64,000 nucleotides of DNA from Paraphysomonas bandaiensis. Its lineage: Eukaryota > Protista > Chrysophyceae. Numbering within the stretch: position 1 is the stretch's first letter; each line of letters opens with the position of its first letter. Below the pieces are notes generated by a model. That model saw only the letters and a program-made list of their open reading frames with translations, was not told the DNA's origin and did not search any database. The stretch is taken from positions 6,085-70,084 of the forward strand of contig CBFFRP010000322.1 in NCBI GenBank assembly GCA_965644295.1. The letters run 5' to 3'. Of the stretch, positions 44,232-54,447 are shown piece after piece. The translations under genes and the position numbers were made by a program.

Positions 44232-44316
44232 ATGTATGTATGTATGTATGTATGTATGTATGTATGTATGTATGTATGTATGTATGTATGTATGTATGTA
44301 TGTATGTATGTATGTA
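44232..44316. repeat. (TATG)n, left half of a tract split by the pogo element
   Basis: About 21 units ending in TA directly at the TIR. Confidence 0.99.
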
Positions 44317-46112
44317 CAGTCAGTTCTCGATATCGTCAATGGATTGTACCATAGGGTTACAATTTCCAATAACGGACATTTTTACCATAAAAAAACCGGG
44401 TTTTATTTTTAAAAAAACCAGGTTTATTTATAAAAAGCCAGTTTTTGTTTAAAAATTCAGATATTTTGCATAAAACTCAGTTTTTGGATATTAAAACCAC
44501 GGTTTTATACTAAAAAACCCTAAGTCTATGGTAAAAATTCTATATATCACAATTGAATTTAGCAGGATACTGTGTTTAAGGCTGAAAAACTTTCTATTAC
44601 GGCACTACAGATTAATTATGTGGAAAGCCTTGTTATTACATGATAAAAATGCGTTGTCTTAACGACACAGGACAGCTGTATAACATAGTTACTACATAAC
44701 GCTGCTATGTAGAATTAGATCTCTGCACCGAGTAAAAGTGCTGTATTGTTCGTTGTGACGAAGACCTTTTGCGCTTCTCTAAGTAACGTTTAGTAACTTC
44801 AGAAGCGGCCTTAACAAACGTGTGGTGCAAAGCATCAGCATCCTCATCACTACTTCCCATAGTAAAGTCATATACAACACGCATGGCATCATTGAATTGA
44901 TTCAAAGTTACCTTAGATGAAGTTGCAGGGTCAATATTTGTATCAGTTTGACAATGATCATCCACCATCGGTATTTGCGGAGAAATAGAAAAAGATTCGA
45001 ATCGCTCCATGGCTTCCTCAATTTCAGTTTCGACAACCAATGGATCATTTTCCACATTACACCATAATTCCACTGCGCTTGCTCGCTGTTCGGAAGTAAA
45101 TGAACTCATCTCAGTAATTCCTGAAACTATATCAGGCACAGCGGAAAGCTCCCTAACTTTGATACACAGAGTTGACATTAGGTTGCACATTGAAGCGAGA
45201 TCGTCGTCAGATATCTTATATATATTTCTATCCGCTGAGCCATATTCAGTAATCAGTTGCTGCTGCATTGGTAGTGGCAAACAATTCGCTTTACGCCAGC
45301 ATCTTCCAATTGCTAAGTTACTGCAATACCGTTCACCTTTCCATACATCATCCAGTATATTCATACAGTCAAGGATATGTGGAATTAAACCATACATGAT
45401 TCCTTTGCAACCTCTCCGCGCTGTTGGTATGGCCAATTTAACACTTTCATATTGCTCGACATCATCAAAAACAGAAAGCAGTTTGTGCAAGAGACTGTAT
45501 TTATATCCTACTTTTATGGAAGCGATTATTCCCATGTCCATTGGCTGATGACGCGAAGTCAGCCTTGGCGGGAAACACACTAATTTATTGTACGAAGGGT
45601 ACAACTGTTCGTCAATGCCGACATGTGACGAGCAGTTGTCAAGCAATATAATACACTTAAGTGATCCAAATCGTCGTCTGTACCAAGGATCAAATACCGA
45701 ATTGATCCACCATATAGTAATATTTCTATTCTTTCCATATAGTATAGTATAGTTTATATTCTTTCACGAAGTTACATTTCTGCACATCCGAGAAAGTACT
45801 CAAAGATTTCTTGCGCTTGGTACCGATGCTGCATTCAACTGACATCGTTACGTACAACAATGTGAGTATATATTACGAATGTGTTCATGATACTCTCTCT
45901 GTTGCATACTCTCTGCACATACAGGCAGCAGTATATTGCTAACTTCTATAATCACTTTTACAAAAGTCACGCAAAATAGGGGATTTTTATTAAAAAACTG
46001 TAGTTTTATATAAAATCGGGGGTTTTATCTTAAAAACCCTGTACCAAGCCTATTTCATTTCCCATAACGGACATTTTTACCATACCTCATTGACGATATC
46101 GAGAACTGACTG
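44317..46112 (-). mobile_element. pogo/Tigger-like DNA transposon, internally deleted, 1796 bp
   Basis: Perfect 25-bp TIRs (CAGTCAGTTCTCGATATCGTCAATG at 44317-44341 and its inverse at 46088-46112), TA on both sides, and a DDE_1-type ORF inside. Confidence 0.95.
44705..45845 (-). pseudogene. pogo transposase with internal deletion and frameshift
   Basis: The ATG at 45845 (MSVECSIGTKRKKS...) stops after 39 codons. Another frame resumes WWINSVF...LLDNCSSH...FPPRLTSRHQPMDMGII, with 33 residues between the 2nd and 3rd catalytic Asp. The HTH region and first Asp are missing. Confidence 0.85.
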
Positions 46113-46392
46113 TATGTATGTATGTATGTATGTATGTATGTATGTATGTATGTATGTATGTATGCATGTATGTATGTATGTATGTATGTATGTATGTATG
46201 TATGTATGTATGTATGTATGTATGTATGTATGTATGTATGTATGTATGTATGTATGTATGTATGTATGTATGTATGTATGTATGTATGTATGTATGTATG
46301 TATGTATGTATGTATGTATGTATGTATGTATGTATGTATGTATGTATGTATGTATGTATGTATGTATGTATGTATGTATGTATGTATGTATG
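46113..46392. repeat. (TATG)n, right half of the split tract, about 70 units
   Basis: Direct reading. Confidence 0.99.
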
Positions 46393-46568
46393 GGTCAGAG
46401 GTTGGTGTGTGTGTCGGTTTTAGTTGTGTTAAGGGGTGCTTGTGTTGTAGAGTGTGTGTAGAGGTCTGTCGTTAAGGTTGAGTTGCTGGTGTGCTTACTG
46501 TCACATCTGTTTGAGCAGCTGCTGTAGCTGTAATTTATAAACCAGATATCGCCTATATATAATCCAGT

Positions 46569-48522
46569 ATGATACGACGCATCAGAGAAGAGAATACTCT
46601 GGAGGAGTACAGCCCGATGCCCAGTGCATACTGGAGGAGACACAAGAAACCTAATGTGAACCTATTGTCTGACTCTCCATTCGCTACAGACAGACAACTC
46701 GAGGATCAGAGGTTCCTCATTGAGAAGAATAGGGTCAGTTTGTGTCTGTTATAACTGTAATATGCTGAGAGTGATGTTTGTATGTGTGGACAGAACCCTC
46801 AGGGACAGGTGCCTGGTAAGAACGATAAGCCACGATCATATAAGATTGCTGCGAAAGTTGGAGTTGGAAATCCAGTCCTCACAAAAGTTAAAGTTGTTAA
46901 TAAAATAGTTAGGGAGGCATCTGGAGTTCATAACTACGCTTTAGTCCCACCAATTGTACACAAGACGAATAATGATGGGCCAATTGATTCTGAAACACAC
47001 CCACTGATGAAGCCGTATCGAGAACAGTCCAACAGAAATCCAGTAATGTGCTCTTTTGGGCACCGACCTAGGTCGGCGTCGAGAACTTTTCACCCTGGGA
47101 CTATGAGGATTCGACTTAGAAAAAATGAAATTGCTGACCCCTTGGAAGGTGGAAAGAGTGGATTTGGACTCCCCCCTAGTACGCTTTCTCAGATCCTGCA
47201 CGCCCCTCGCGTCCACAGACCTGGAGAGGAACTTGATGATGATACTGATGGGACAAGGACTGATCCTCGGACCAGTGGAGAGATGTATGACCCCCATGAC
47301 CTCTTTCTTCCTAATGAACAGATATTCGAAAAAACAGGGAGTAGTGGGATGGAAGGTGGCACATCAAGTATTAGCTGGGGCGCGCAGAATACTGGCGCCT
47401 TCTCGAGGAGCTGGAATAACACGACAGACAGCAGTAATATACTTGGTGCTCCAGACAGCGGTACTGGTATCGGTCAGCGAGTAGGCCGAGGGCGAAAGAA
47501 GAAGCCATCTAAACGCCGGGTATTCAACGCATATGTATTCCGTATTGAAGTTCGTTGTAATGATCCCTTGATATGGATACAGGTTGATGACAGAGAGTGG
47601 AATAATCATTTCCATGTCATTGAGAGGCCAAGTAATGAAGTCTTCGAGATGAAAAAGAGTGGGATTGCTGAGACTCAACTGAAGCCACTCAAAGAACGAC
47701 TTACTAGGTGTGACATTATGTTAGCTTTTTGAAATTTATATAATATCGACGGACAGGTTTGCAGCCATATCTGTGCGCGACGTCAAGCCGGATCCATTTT
47801 GTGCCAACAAGAAAGAAACTGACCTCCTAGTGTCACTTGGTAAGCCTGCAAAAGCACCAGATCCGACCTACGATAAAACTGCGAACCCGTTCTACGATGC
47901 TGAGGTGGAGGAGGACCTCAGGAACATACAGAAGCGCAGTGTTAGGTTAGCGCGGGCGAAAGAGAAGCGGCTTAAGAGAAAGCTAGTGGAAGCAGCCATC
48001 AAGTCTATACCGAAAGTGGACTACCATCCGGATGAGATTGTGATCGAGCAGGCAAGGCAAGCACAGCTTCAAAGTAAACCTTCTATGGGGTCTGTAGACT
48101 CAGGAACTATAAACGACGGCCGTAATGAGACTTCCGGTAGTGGTGTGAAGACGACAGGAAATACCGTGAGGTTAAAGAGCAGTAAGTCAGACGTTGGGAG
48201 TACTAGCGGTGAGTTCCAGGGAGACAAAGTGTATGATCACGTTATGCAGCCATTTGATGACTACTTGAATGAGGGGGCGGAGGAAAAGGAAAAGTTGCGT
48301 GACTCTGTAACGAATAATGATGATCGAAACGGGGTGAGTGATGAATATGGTGCAGATTATGACGCGGTTGTCGATGAGTTCGACCGGAGCACTCTCAATG
48401 ATGAAGGACTTGGGTTTGACGAGGACGCTGAACTAGCCAAACTGGAGAACGATTATAACGGGAATGAAAACGCCTATGCAGGGAACATTGATGAATTTGG
48501 AGATGGGTCGGACCATCAGTGA
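46569..48522 (+). CDS. Hypothetical, largely disordered protein with a basic core and an acidic C-terminus, at least 3 exons
   Basis: ORFs 46569-, 46782- and 47773- can be joined by GT-AG introns at about 46734-46793 and 47708-47756. No family recognised. Confidence 0.7.
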
Positions 48523-48887
48523 TCATTTCAATGAATTGGGTATTTATTATTAGATGTATCAGATATGTAGGTAATTGATGTTTGGGTGTGTACGATATGC
48601 CCTGCTGGTGCTGATAAAATAGATTGCGTGGCAATTTGTGTGGAGTGTGGAGATATTTTGTAAAAAATAAGTTCTTGAAGTTGTAGAAGCTAATTTCATA
48701 CCTCTCGAATGGTATTGTTAATATATGAGAAAAGAATAAACCCTGATGTACTGATATAGATATTGCAATATACAATATAGAACTTGATACTTGAGGGGAG
48801 CCCCTTTTTTACCACCGAGGAATCAAGATTTGGCATATTAGGATAGTAAAGGCCTTATCAATTGAGACACATATATATACATATATA

Positions 48888-49500
48888 CATATACAGTCAG
48901 CAGGTATTGTTCTACCCATTCATAGCCAAATGTGGTACAAGGACACAAATCTATGTGTCACTTTTTAGAAGTCTTTGGGTATTGACGAATATACAGGCAT
49001 CCAGGACTTGAGCCCCTTTCAAGCTTGAATGGTGATCGGGGTATTGGGCTGCCTGCTGAAGTCATGAATTCGGGTGGAGTCATTTTAAGCCTACTAAATT
49101 TTCAGATGTTCCAAATAAACTAAAAATGACAGTGGAACCGTTTTGAAATTTAGTAGTATCGATAAATTTTTAAGTTAGCAGGAATGTCTAAAATATTTAG
49201 TAGGCTCAGCTGCCAGTTTTAATTTAATTGAAATATCCGCAAACCGCAAAACTTAGTAGGAACAAGAAACACGTTCTTGTGTAGTAGGAACGTCGGATAA
49301 ATTTAGTCGGGGCAAATATTTTTCCGAGCATCCGGGCTGTTTACCTTAATAGCCCAAATATCCTGATGTCAGAAGATGTCATGTATATCAACATTCTGCT
49401 TGCTCTCTGCGTTTGCTTTGAGTGGTAGAGCGAGGTGGTTATACCTTCGTGTAAACACAAGCAGCTTTCGTAGCGTTAAATAGTAGGATACCAGAGCTAA
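48888..49500 (+). repeat. Dispersed repeat family, copy 4, interrupted by a nested insertion
   Basis: Homologous to copies 1 and 3 from CATATACAGTCAGCAG to GTAGCGTTAAATAGTAGGATACCAGAGCTAA. Confidence 0.8.
49075..49327. mobile_element. Nested old MITE-like insertion, 253 bp
   Basis: Absent from the other copies. Imperfect inverted ends (CCTACTAAATTTTCAGATGTTCC / GGAACGTCGGATAAATTTAGTCGG). Flanks GAATTCGGG and GCATCCGGG match at 7 of 9 positions. Confidence 0.55.
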
Positions 49501-49863
49501 TAATTAGACATTCACTACTACACTATACACTACTACGATCTTATATAGACACGATCTTATACAGTCTATTTCATTTCACTACGCACTATTATTCCTATCA
49601 TCTCAGCAGTTCATGTAATACTGTTAATCACTACTGTATTCTTCATGTAATGGTCATAAATTCAAATACCATAGAAAATAAAACTTTTAATAGCTCTAAA
49701 TGTGTCCATCAAGAAAATTGTTTTCTATAGAAAAATATTTCTTCGCAGCAGTTAATCACAGCAAGAACAAAGTATTGATATATTCTTCGAAATAAAAAAG
49801 TAATCGTAAGGAAACACCACATTGTAATAATCATTTCGGCTAGGACAACCTACTACACCATCT

Positions 49864-52800
49864 TTAACCCCATTTTATTGGTAAAGCGCATTTCGAGTAG
49901 CCGTTACGGTGATCTAACTCCACTACATCAGTATGTAAACAATTCTCGGTTTCCCCACTAAATTCGAAATATAATTCAACACATACTTGGTCACAGCTCT
50001 CTGTGCCATTTCGAATTGCATCAACTCGTTTACATAAAACCTCTTCTTTGTCAACAATGATTCTAGATGATTCAAGCGTTGCAATCACGACATCGGGAAA
50101 ACTCATACGGAGAACAACACGGGTGCACACAGAGTCAGTACAAACAGTAACAGATTCAACTGTGTACGAATCATCGAATCGCGCAGCAGAGCAGTTGAGT
50201 GGAACCCCTCGATATTGACAGTTTGGTAGTATTCTTTTAAAATCGCATTTTATTCTTCGAGACGCTTCAAGCTCAGAGTTCCAACAGTCAGTGCAGACAG
50301 TGTAGCTACATGATAGGTGCGAGCTGCAACCATAAGCAAATCTAGACCCATCAACACACTCACTTCCTTTGTGGTGCGGCCAATCGCAGCTCCAGCTACC
50401 CAGAATCTTTGGAATGTGAACACGGCGAATGTTTTCATGACACTCACGACACGCTAATGACAACGAGGAAGGAGCTTCCCACCTATCGTCCACGCTGATA
50501 CAATCGAAACAAACATCACTCGAACATTTCTGACAAAACCATCTCTTGCCTGTCTTGTGGTGGCGGCAGAGGCAACAAGCATAACCCGCTATATATAAAT
50601 CCTCATCATAGGCTGATACAATCATCTGGTGGCCTTTGCCACATACTGGCCCTGAAAAACTTATCTTCCTCGTGGAATTCGGCACCAATACTTCACAAGT
50701 AGAATATCCACTCTCCCCAAATGTAAAGTAAACAGGACTGTCAAATATTTCATTCGCCACGCTATTTACGTCAAATATAAGCCGACTCGTCGATACGTCT
50801 CTAGCTGTGCTCAACAAATCGTATCTAGAACACTTTACTAAGTGACTGTTCACAGAAAGTACAGAGGAGCATGGGTCTCCCATCTCACCACCATATATCA
50901 CAATGCTCAAGCGTAACTGTGAAGCTCCACTTACTGAGTAGTACACGATACTATTGACAATGCAATAATGACTGGAATCTAAAATAGAGGCAAAATAGTT
51001 GTATCTCTCCAACTCCGTAGGTGCAGACATATTGTCACCAACATATTCCATGCATACACCACATATACTAAACGAACAAGCCCGACATACCCACCAGCTG
51101 TGACTGACTGCATATTTATCCCAGCTCCCGCATTTATTACAAGTCTTTTCATCACCCGTTCGAGTTAGCACCAGTGTATGTCCTGCACAACACTGTGGCA
51201 TAGAAATAGCAGCTTCTACAGTTGAATTTGGGACAGGAATTTGGCAGGTTGAATATCCGTCTCCATACATATACTTCACATTCAACACATATATATTATC
51301 GTGCATTTTGCAAGACGTCAAGATATCGAAAAAAACATCTGCAGCGACAAAAATTTCACTTTGCTCCTTGAATACACAAGCACAACACGGAACCAAATCG
51401 TCCCCAATGAGAAGCCTTGAGCCATTGGGATTCCTTACAGGCCCCACTGACATATCTCCACATACCATGATGCTTACCACAATACGCGTCCTGGCCTCTT
51501 CCACTCTTAAACTTACTCCAGAGATCATACAATAATACGACTCGTTGTAGCGGCAAACATATGAGTACATATTAAGGCTCGAGTGGAAATACGATCCTGC
51601 AGGACGGGATTCTAATATAAGCTTAGATACGTCTGCCCGACCATTAACCATATATGCATCGGCACCACACAACCATTCCATTATGATGTCACTGTACGAC
51701 TCTTGAACGCTAACTTCTTCGTTGTCCATGCTGTAGTCAATAACAGAATTCGGAGTCACGCCCGGACGTTGCTTAACCGCCTCAAGGGATATATGACGGA
51801 TTTGCTGTCGAAACGAAAGCGGAGTAAGAAAAAAATCCCGAGTGTCATCAGGATTCCTAACTACACGATCGTCGGAATGGTATGCAGAGAATGTCCAACC
51901 CAAGTCTGCAGCAAAGTTCAAAACAGCACGCAATTGACGAGGAATATCATTGAAGTAACTGGAACCCGGTATCGTGACCAAACAGGAGGTGTAATCCACA
52001 CCGAGAGAAAATTTTACTATGCGAGATAGAAGTTTGTCCATCATATTAACAGGTACTTCAAACATTAAGTATACGGACACAGTTTTGTGAGTTCGATGAG
52101 CTACGACTCCAAAGGTGTAATCAAACTTACACTCACCAATACAAATACAAGATGCTTCTAGATGATGAAATTGTACCTGATAATCTGAGCAAAATATCTC
52201 GACATGAACTGTTACAATCAGATTAGTTTCAAAATGCCGAATGCTTGCATGGGAGACAGTTCCGTAGTTTTCATCATTATGGTACGATACGCGGCCTCGG
52301 GGTTGGTATAGAGCAGTGTATGCATCTGGAGGTCGAAACCCTTGCAGTTTCGACATATTCACTAGGCCTCCGTCTACGTAAACATCACTAGAGAATAGCC
52401 AGTCCAGAGTACTGTACGCATATGCCTGCTGCACATCTACCTCGCTCATGGTGGAGAAGTCGGTCATGGTAACTCTTTCATCATCACCGGGCCGTGCCTC
52501 GATAGCGACCCATACGAGTTCATGAATTTGCCGATAGAAGGACTCTTTGCACAAGAAATATTCGCACCCTCCATCCGCATCAGTTAAAACCTTATCGCTA
52601 TCGCACACAGCCCTCCAAGGCCACTGTTCATCCAACGCATAACTCAGCACAGCATGTAAAGAAGTTGGAAGGCCACTAGTTTGATTGATCTCAAGTGGCA
52701 TCACTGAATTTACAGACGCATTTTCAACAACATTTGTACAGCAGCTAATTGGGCATTCGACCTCATCATCCATATACTTTGGAATGACAACCAGCTTAGC

Positions 52801-54447
52801 TTCTGTTGTAGGAGTTTCGCGAATAGCCCAGTGTACAAGAGCATTGAATGCGTATCTCTCTTTAGTATGTTCAAGAGTATGAGGCAGCCTCCATTGGCAA
52901 ACCTCAATCTCCCGCCCAACAAAAATAAAAGCGCTGTTATCGAATAGCCAAAATACACCGCTAATTTCCTCTGAAGTCTTCGCGGGAAACTCCCAGTCCG
53001 GATCAGCTAACGGTAATTCATCCCAGCCATCATCAATATTGCCAGCGTACGACTCTATATCGTTACCAGAAAACACTGCCAAGCGTGCGCGGGAAAAGAA
53101 CAGTTGCATCCGCTTGTCCAATGCTATCTTGGACGGCCACCGGCGGGTGAACAGCTTAGAGTGAAGCAATTCAACAGTGAGGTCACCACTCTCACTTCGA
53201 TAAGCAATTTGGATCTCAAATGCTCCTACTCTACATGAATTCGACGATTGCATTGTATCAAATTGAGGAGGGGATACATCGGTGAGAATTCTCATTGCTC
53301 CAACTCGAGCACAAGCATGCCATGATTGCACATTCGTCAACATACAACGTAGCACATCATTGGCCCTATCACAATACTCCTTCGTTACATGTCGCAATGT
53401 CATCGGGTGAGACTCACAGTCGTGGCAGTGCTCTACAGTTATAAGAATGTCAAGTGGTCGCATATCATGATACGCACCAAGCAGTCTCGGTGGGATGGTG
53501 CTTGCGGACTGCTCAAGCTCTGATGGTGTACGTATCGCTCGCATCTTGGATACAAACTTCTGCATACTGGCTTCAATGCGACGAGAAGGTCGCTGAGGAT
53601 GTGTAGGGGACTCTGGGGACGACATATCCCTGAGCTCTTTCTCACGACGACCTTCTTCATATTCACCAAGCGAACGCATTTTTTCCTTCCTCTTCGTTTG
53701 CAGTTCTTCTATGTCGCTAATCGGCATCCGACGACCGGTATGAGTGTCGTAACCGTACAACTGATAGTGATCAAAACTGATCGGTTTGTTGGGAGCTCCA
53801 CTATAGCATGTCGGTCGATTACTACTTGGCGACCGTCTGCTAGATGGCGCACTCTTCGGTCGCAGTGCAAACATATTCCGTTTTTCTGATGCCTTGTGCA
53901 TCGCCGCAGCGTTATTTACATTCCCCGGATGAGCTTTGTCAACACTGATAGGTGACTTTCTTCGTTTAGATGATCCGTAATTCCTTCGACGCATCCTATG
54001 TTCAGTCCTCTTAACATGAGCTTGGCCATGTTTATGACAGCGAGCATGTTGCCAACTATACGCCTGTCTCAGCACGCACAATGAATCCACAACAGCAGTA
54101 ACAGTAGCAAGATCTCCATTCACAATCTTCCTTCCATTTACTCCATTCAGTGCTCGCTGACAGTCATATGGAAGCTTCCTCTTAATCTCTCTGATAACAG
54201 CAGTTGATACGATCTCAAGTCTGTGTGTCTCTCCAGTGAACTCCTCCTCTATCTGTATATCCCCATACATACACTCATATACACGGACTAACACTACAGG
54301 CGCCACTAGTCTGAGTTGATCTATAGAAGTCACACGAGCCACTCCTGATTTATCTAATAGATCATTAGTCCGCTGTAGTAACTCAATCTCACTGGTAGAG
54401 TGATGAAGACTACAGACTGGTTCATCCGTATTGTTCAGTGAAATCAT
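49864..54447 (-). CDS. Large intronless mosaic protein: CEP95/DUF5745-like N-terminus, Rdx/SelW-like CxxC domain, internal repeats, Cys-rich Zn fingers
   Basis: ELLQRTNDLL..VRVYECMY..VNGRKIVNGD (DUF5745-like); ITVEHCHDC...RVGAFEIQI...LHSKLFTRRWP (Rdx-like); three Cys-rich modules. Likely start is MISLNN at 54447; the open frame extends to 54861. Confidence 0.75.
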   Translation of the reverse strand: MISLNNTDEPVCSLHHSTSEIELLQRTNDLLDKSGVARVTSIDQLRLVAPVVLVRVYECMYGDIQIEEEFTGETHRLEIVSTAVIREIKRKLPYDCQRALNGVNGRKIVNGDLATVTAVVDSLCVLRQAYSWQHARCHKHGQAHVKRTEHRMRRRNYGSSKRRKSPISVDKAHPGNVNNAAAMHKASEKRNMFALRPKSAPSSRRSPSSNRPTCYSGAPNKPISFDHYQLYGYDTHTGRRMPISDIEELQTKRKEKMRSLGEYEEGRREKELRDMSSPESPTHPQRPSRRIEASMQKFVSKMRAIRTPSELEQSASTIPPRLLGAYHDMRPLDILITVEHCHDCESHPMTLRHVTKEYCDRANDVLRCMLTNVQSWHACARVGAMRILTDVSPPQFDTMQSSNSCRVGAFEIQIAYRSESGDLTVELLHSKLFTRRWPSKIALDKRMQLFFSRARLAVFSGNDIESYAGNIDDGWDELPLADPDWEFPAKTSEEISGVFWLFDNSAFIFVGREIEVCQWRLPHTLEHTKERYAFNALVHWAIRETPTTEAKLVVIPKYMDDEVECPISCCTNVVENASVNSVMPLEINQTSGLPTSLHAVLSYALDEQWPWRAVCDSDKVLTDADGGCEYFLCKESFYRQIHELVWVAIEARPGDDERVTMTDFSTMSEVDVQQAYAYSTLDWLFSSDVYVDGGLVNMSKLQGFRPPDAYTALYQPRGRVSYHNDENYGTVSHASIRHFETNLIVTVHVEIFCSDYQVQFHHLEASCICIGECKFDYTFGVVAHRTHKTVSVYLMFEVPVNMMDKLLSRIVKFSLGVDYTSCLVTIPGSSYFNDIPRQLRAVLNFAADLGWTFSAYHSDDRVVRNPDDTRDFFLTPLSFRQQIRHISLEAVKQRPGVTPNSVIDYSMDNEEVSVQESYSDIIMEWLCGADAYMVNGRADVSKLILESRPAGSYFHSSLNMYSYVCRYNESYYCMISGVSLRVEEARTRIVVSIMVCGDMSVGPVRNPNGSRLLIGDDLVPCCACVFKEQSEIFVAADVFFDILTSCKMHDNIYVLNVKYMYGDGYSTCQIPVPNSTVEAAISMPQCCAGHTLVLTRTGDEKTCNKCGSWDKYAVSHSWWVCRACSFSICGVCMEYVGDNMSAPTELERYNYFASILDSSHYCIVNSIVYYSVSGASQLRLSIVIYGGEMGDPCSSVLSVNSHLVKCSRYDLLSTARDVSTSRLIFDVNSVANEIFDSPVYFTFGESGYSTCEVLVPNSTRKISFSGPVCGKGHQMIVSAYDEDLYIAGYACCLCRHHKTGKRWFCQKCSSDVCFDCISVDDRWEAPSSLSLACRECHENIRRVHIPKILGSWSCDWPHHKGSECVDGSRFAYGCSSHLSCSYTVCTDCWNSELEASRRIKCDFKRILPNCQYRGVPLNCSAARFDDSYTVESVTVCTDSVCTRVVLRMSFPDVVIATLESSRIIVDKEEVLCKRVDAIRNGTESCDQVCVELYFEFSGETENCLHTDVVELDHRNGYSKCALPIKWG

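Noticed and set aside
53400-53445. Selenoprotein (Sec) in the Rdx-like domain
   Set aside because: The motif is CHDC with ordinary Cys codons and no in-frame TGA.
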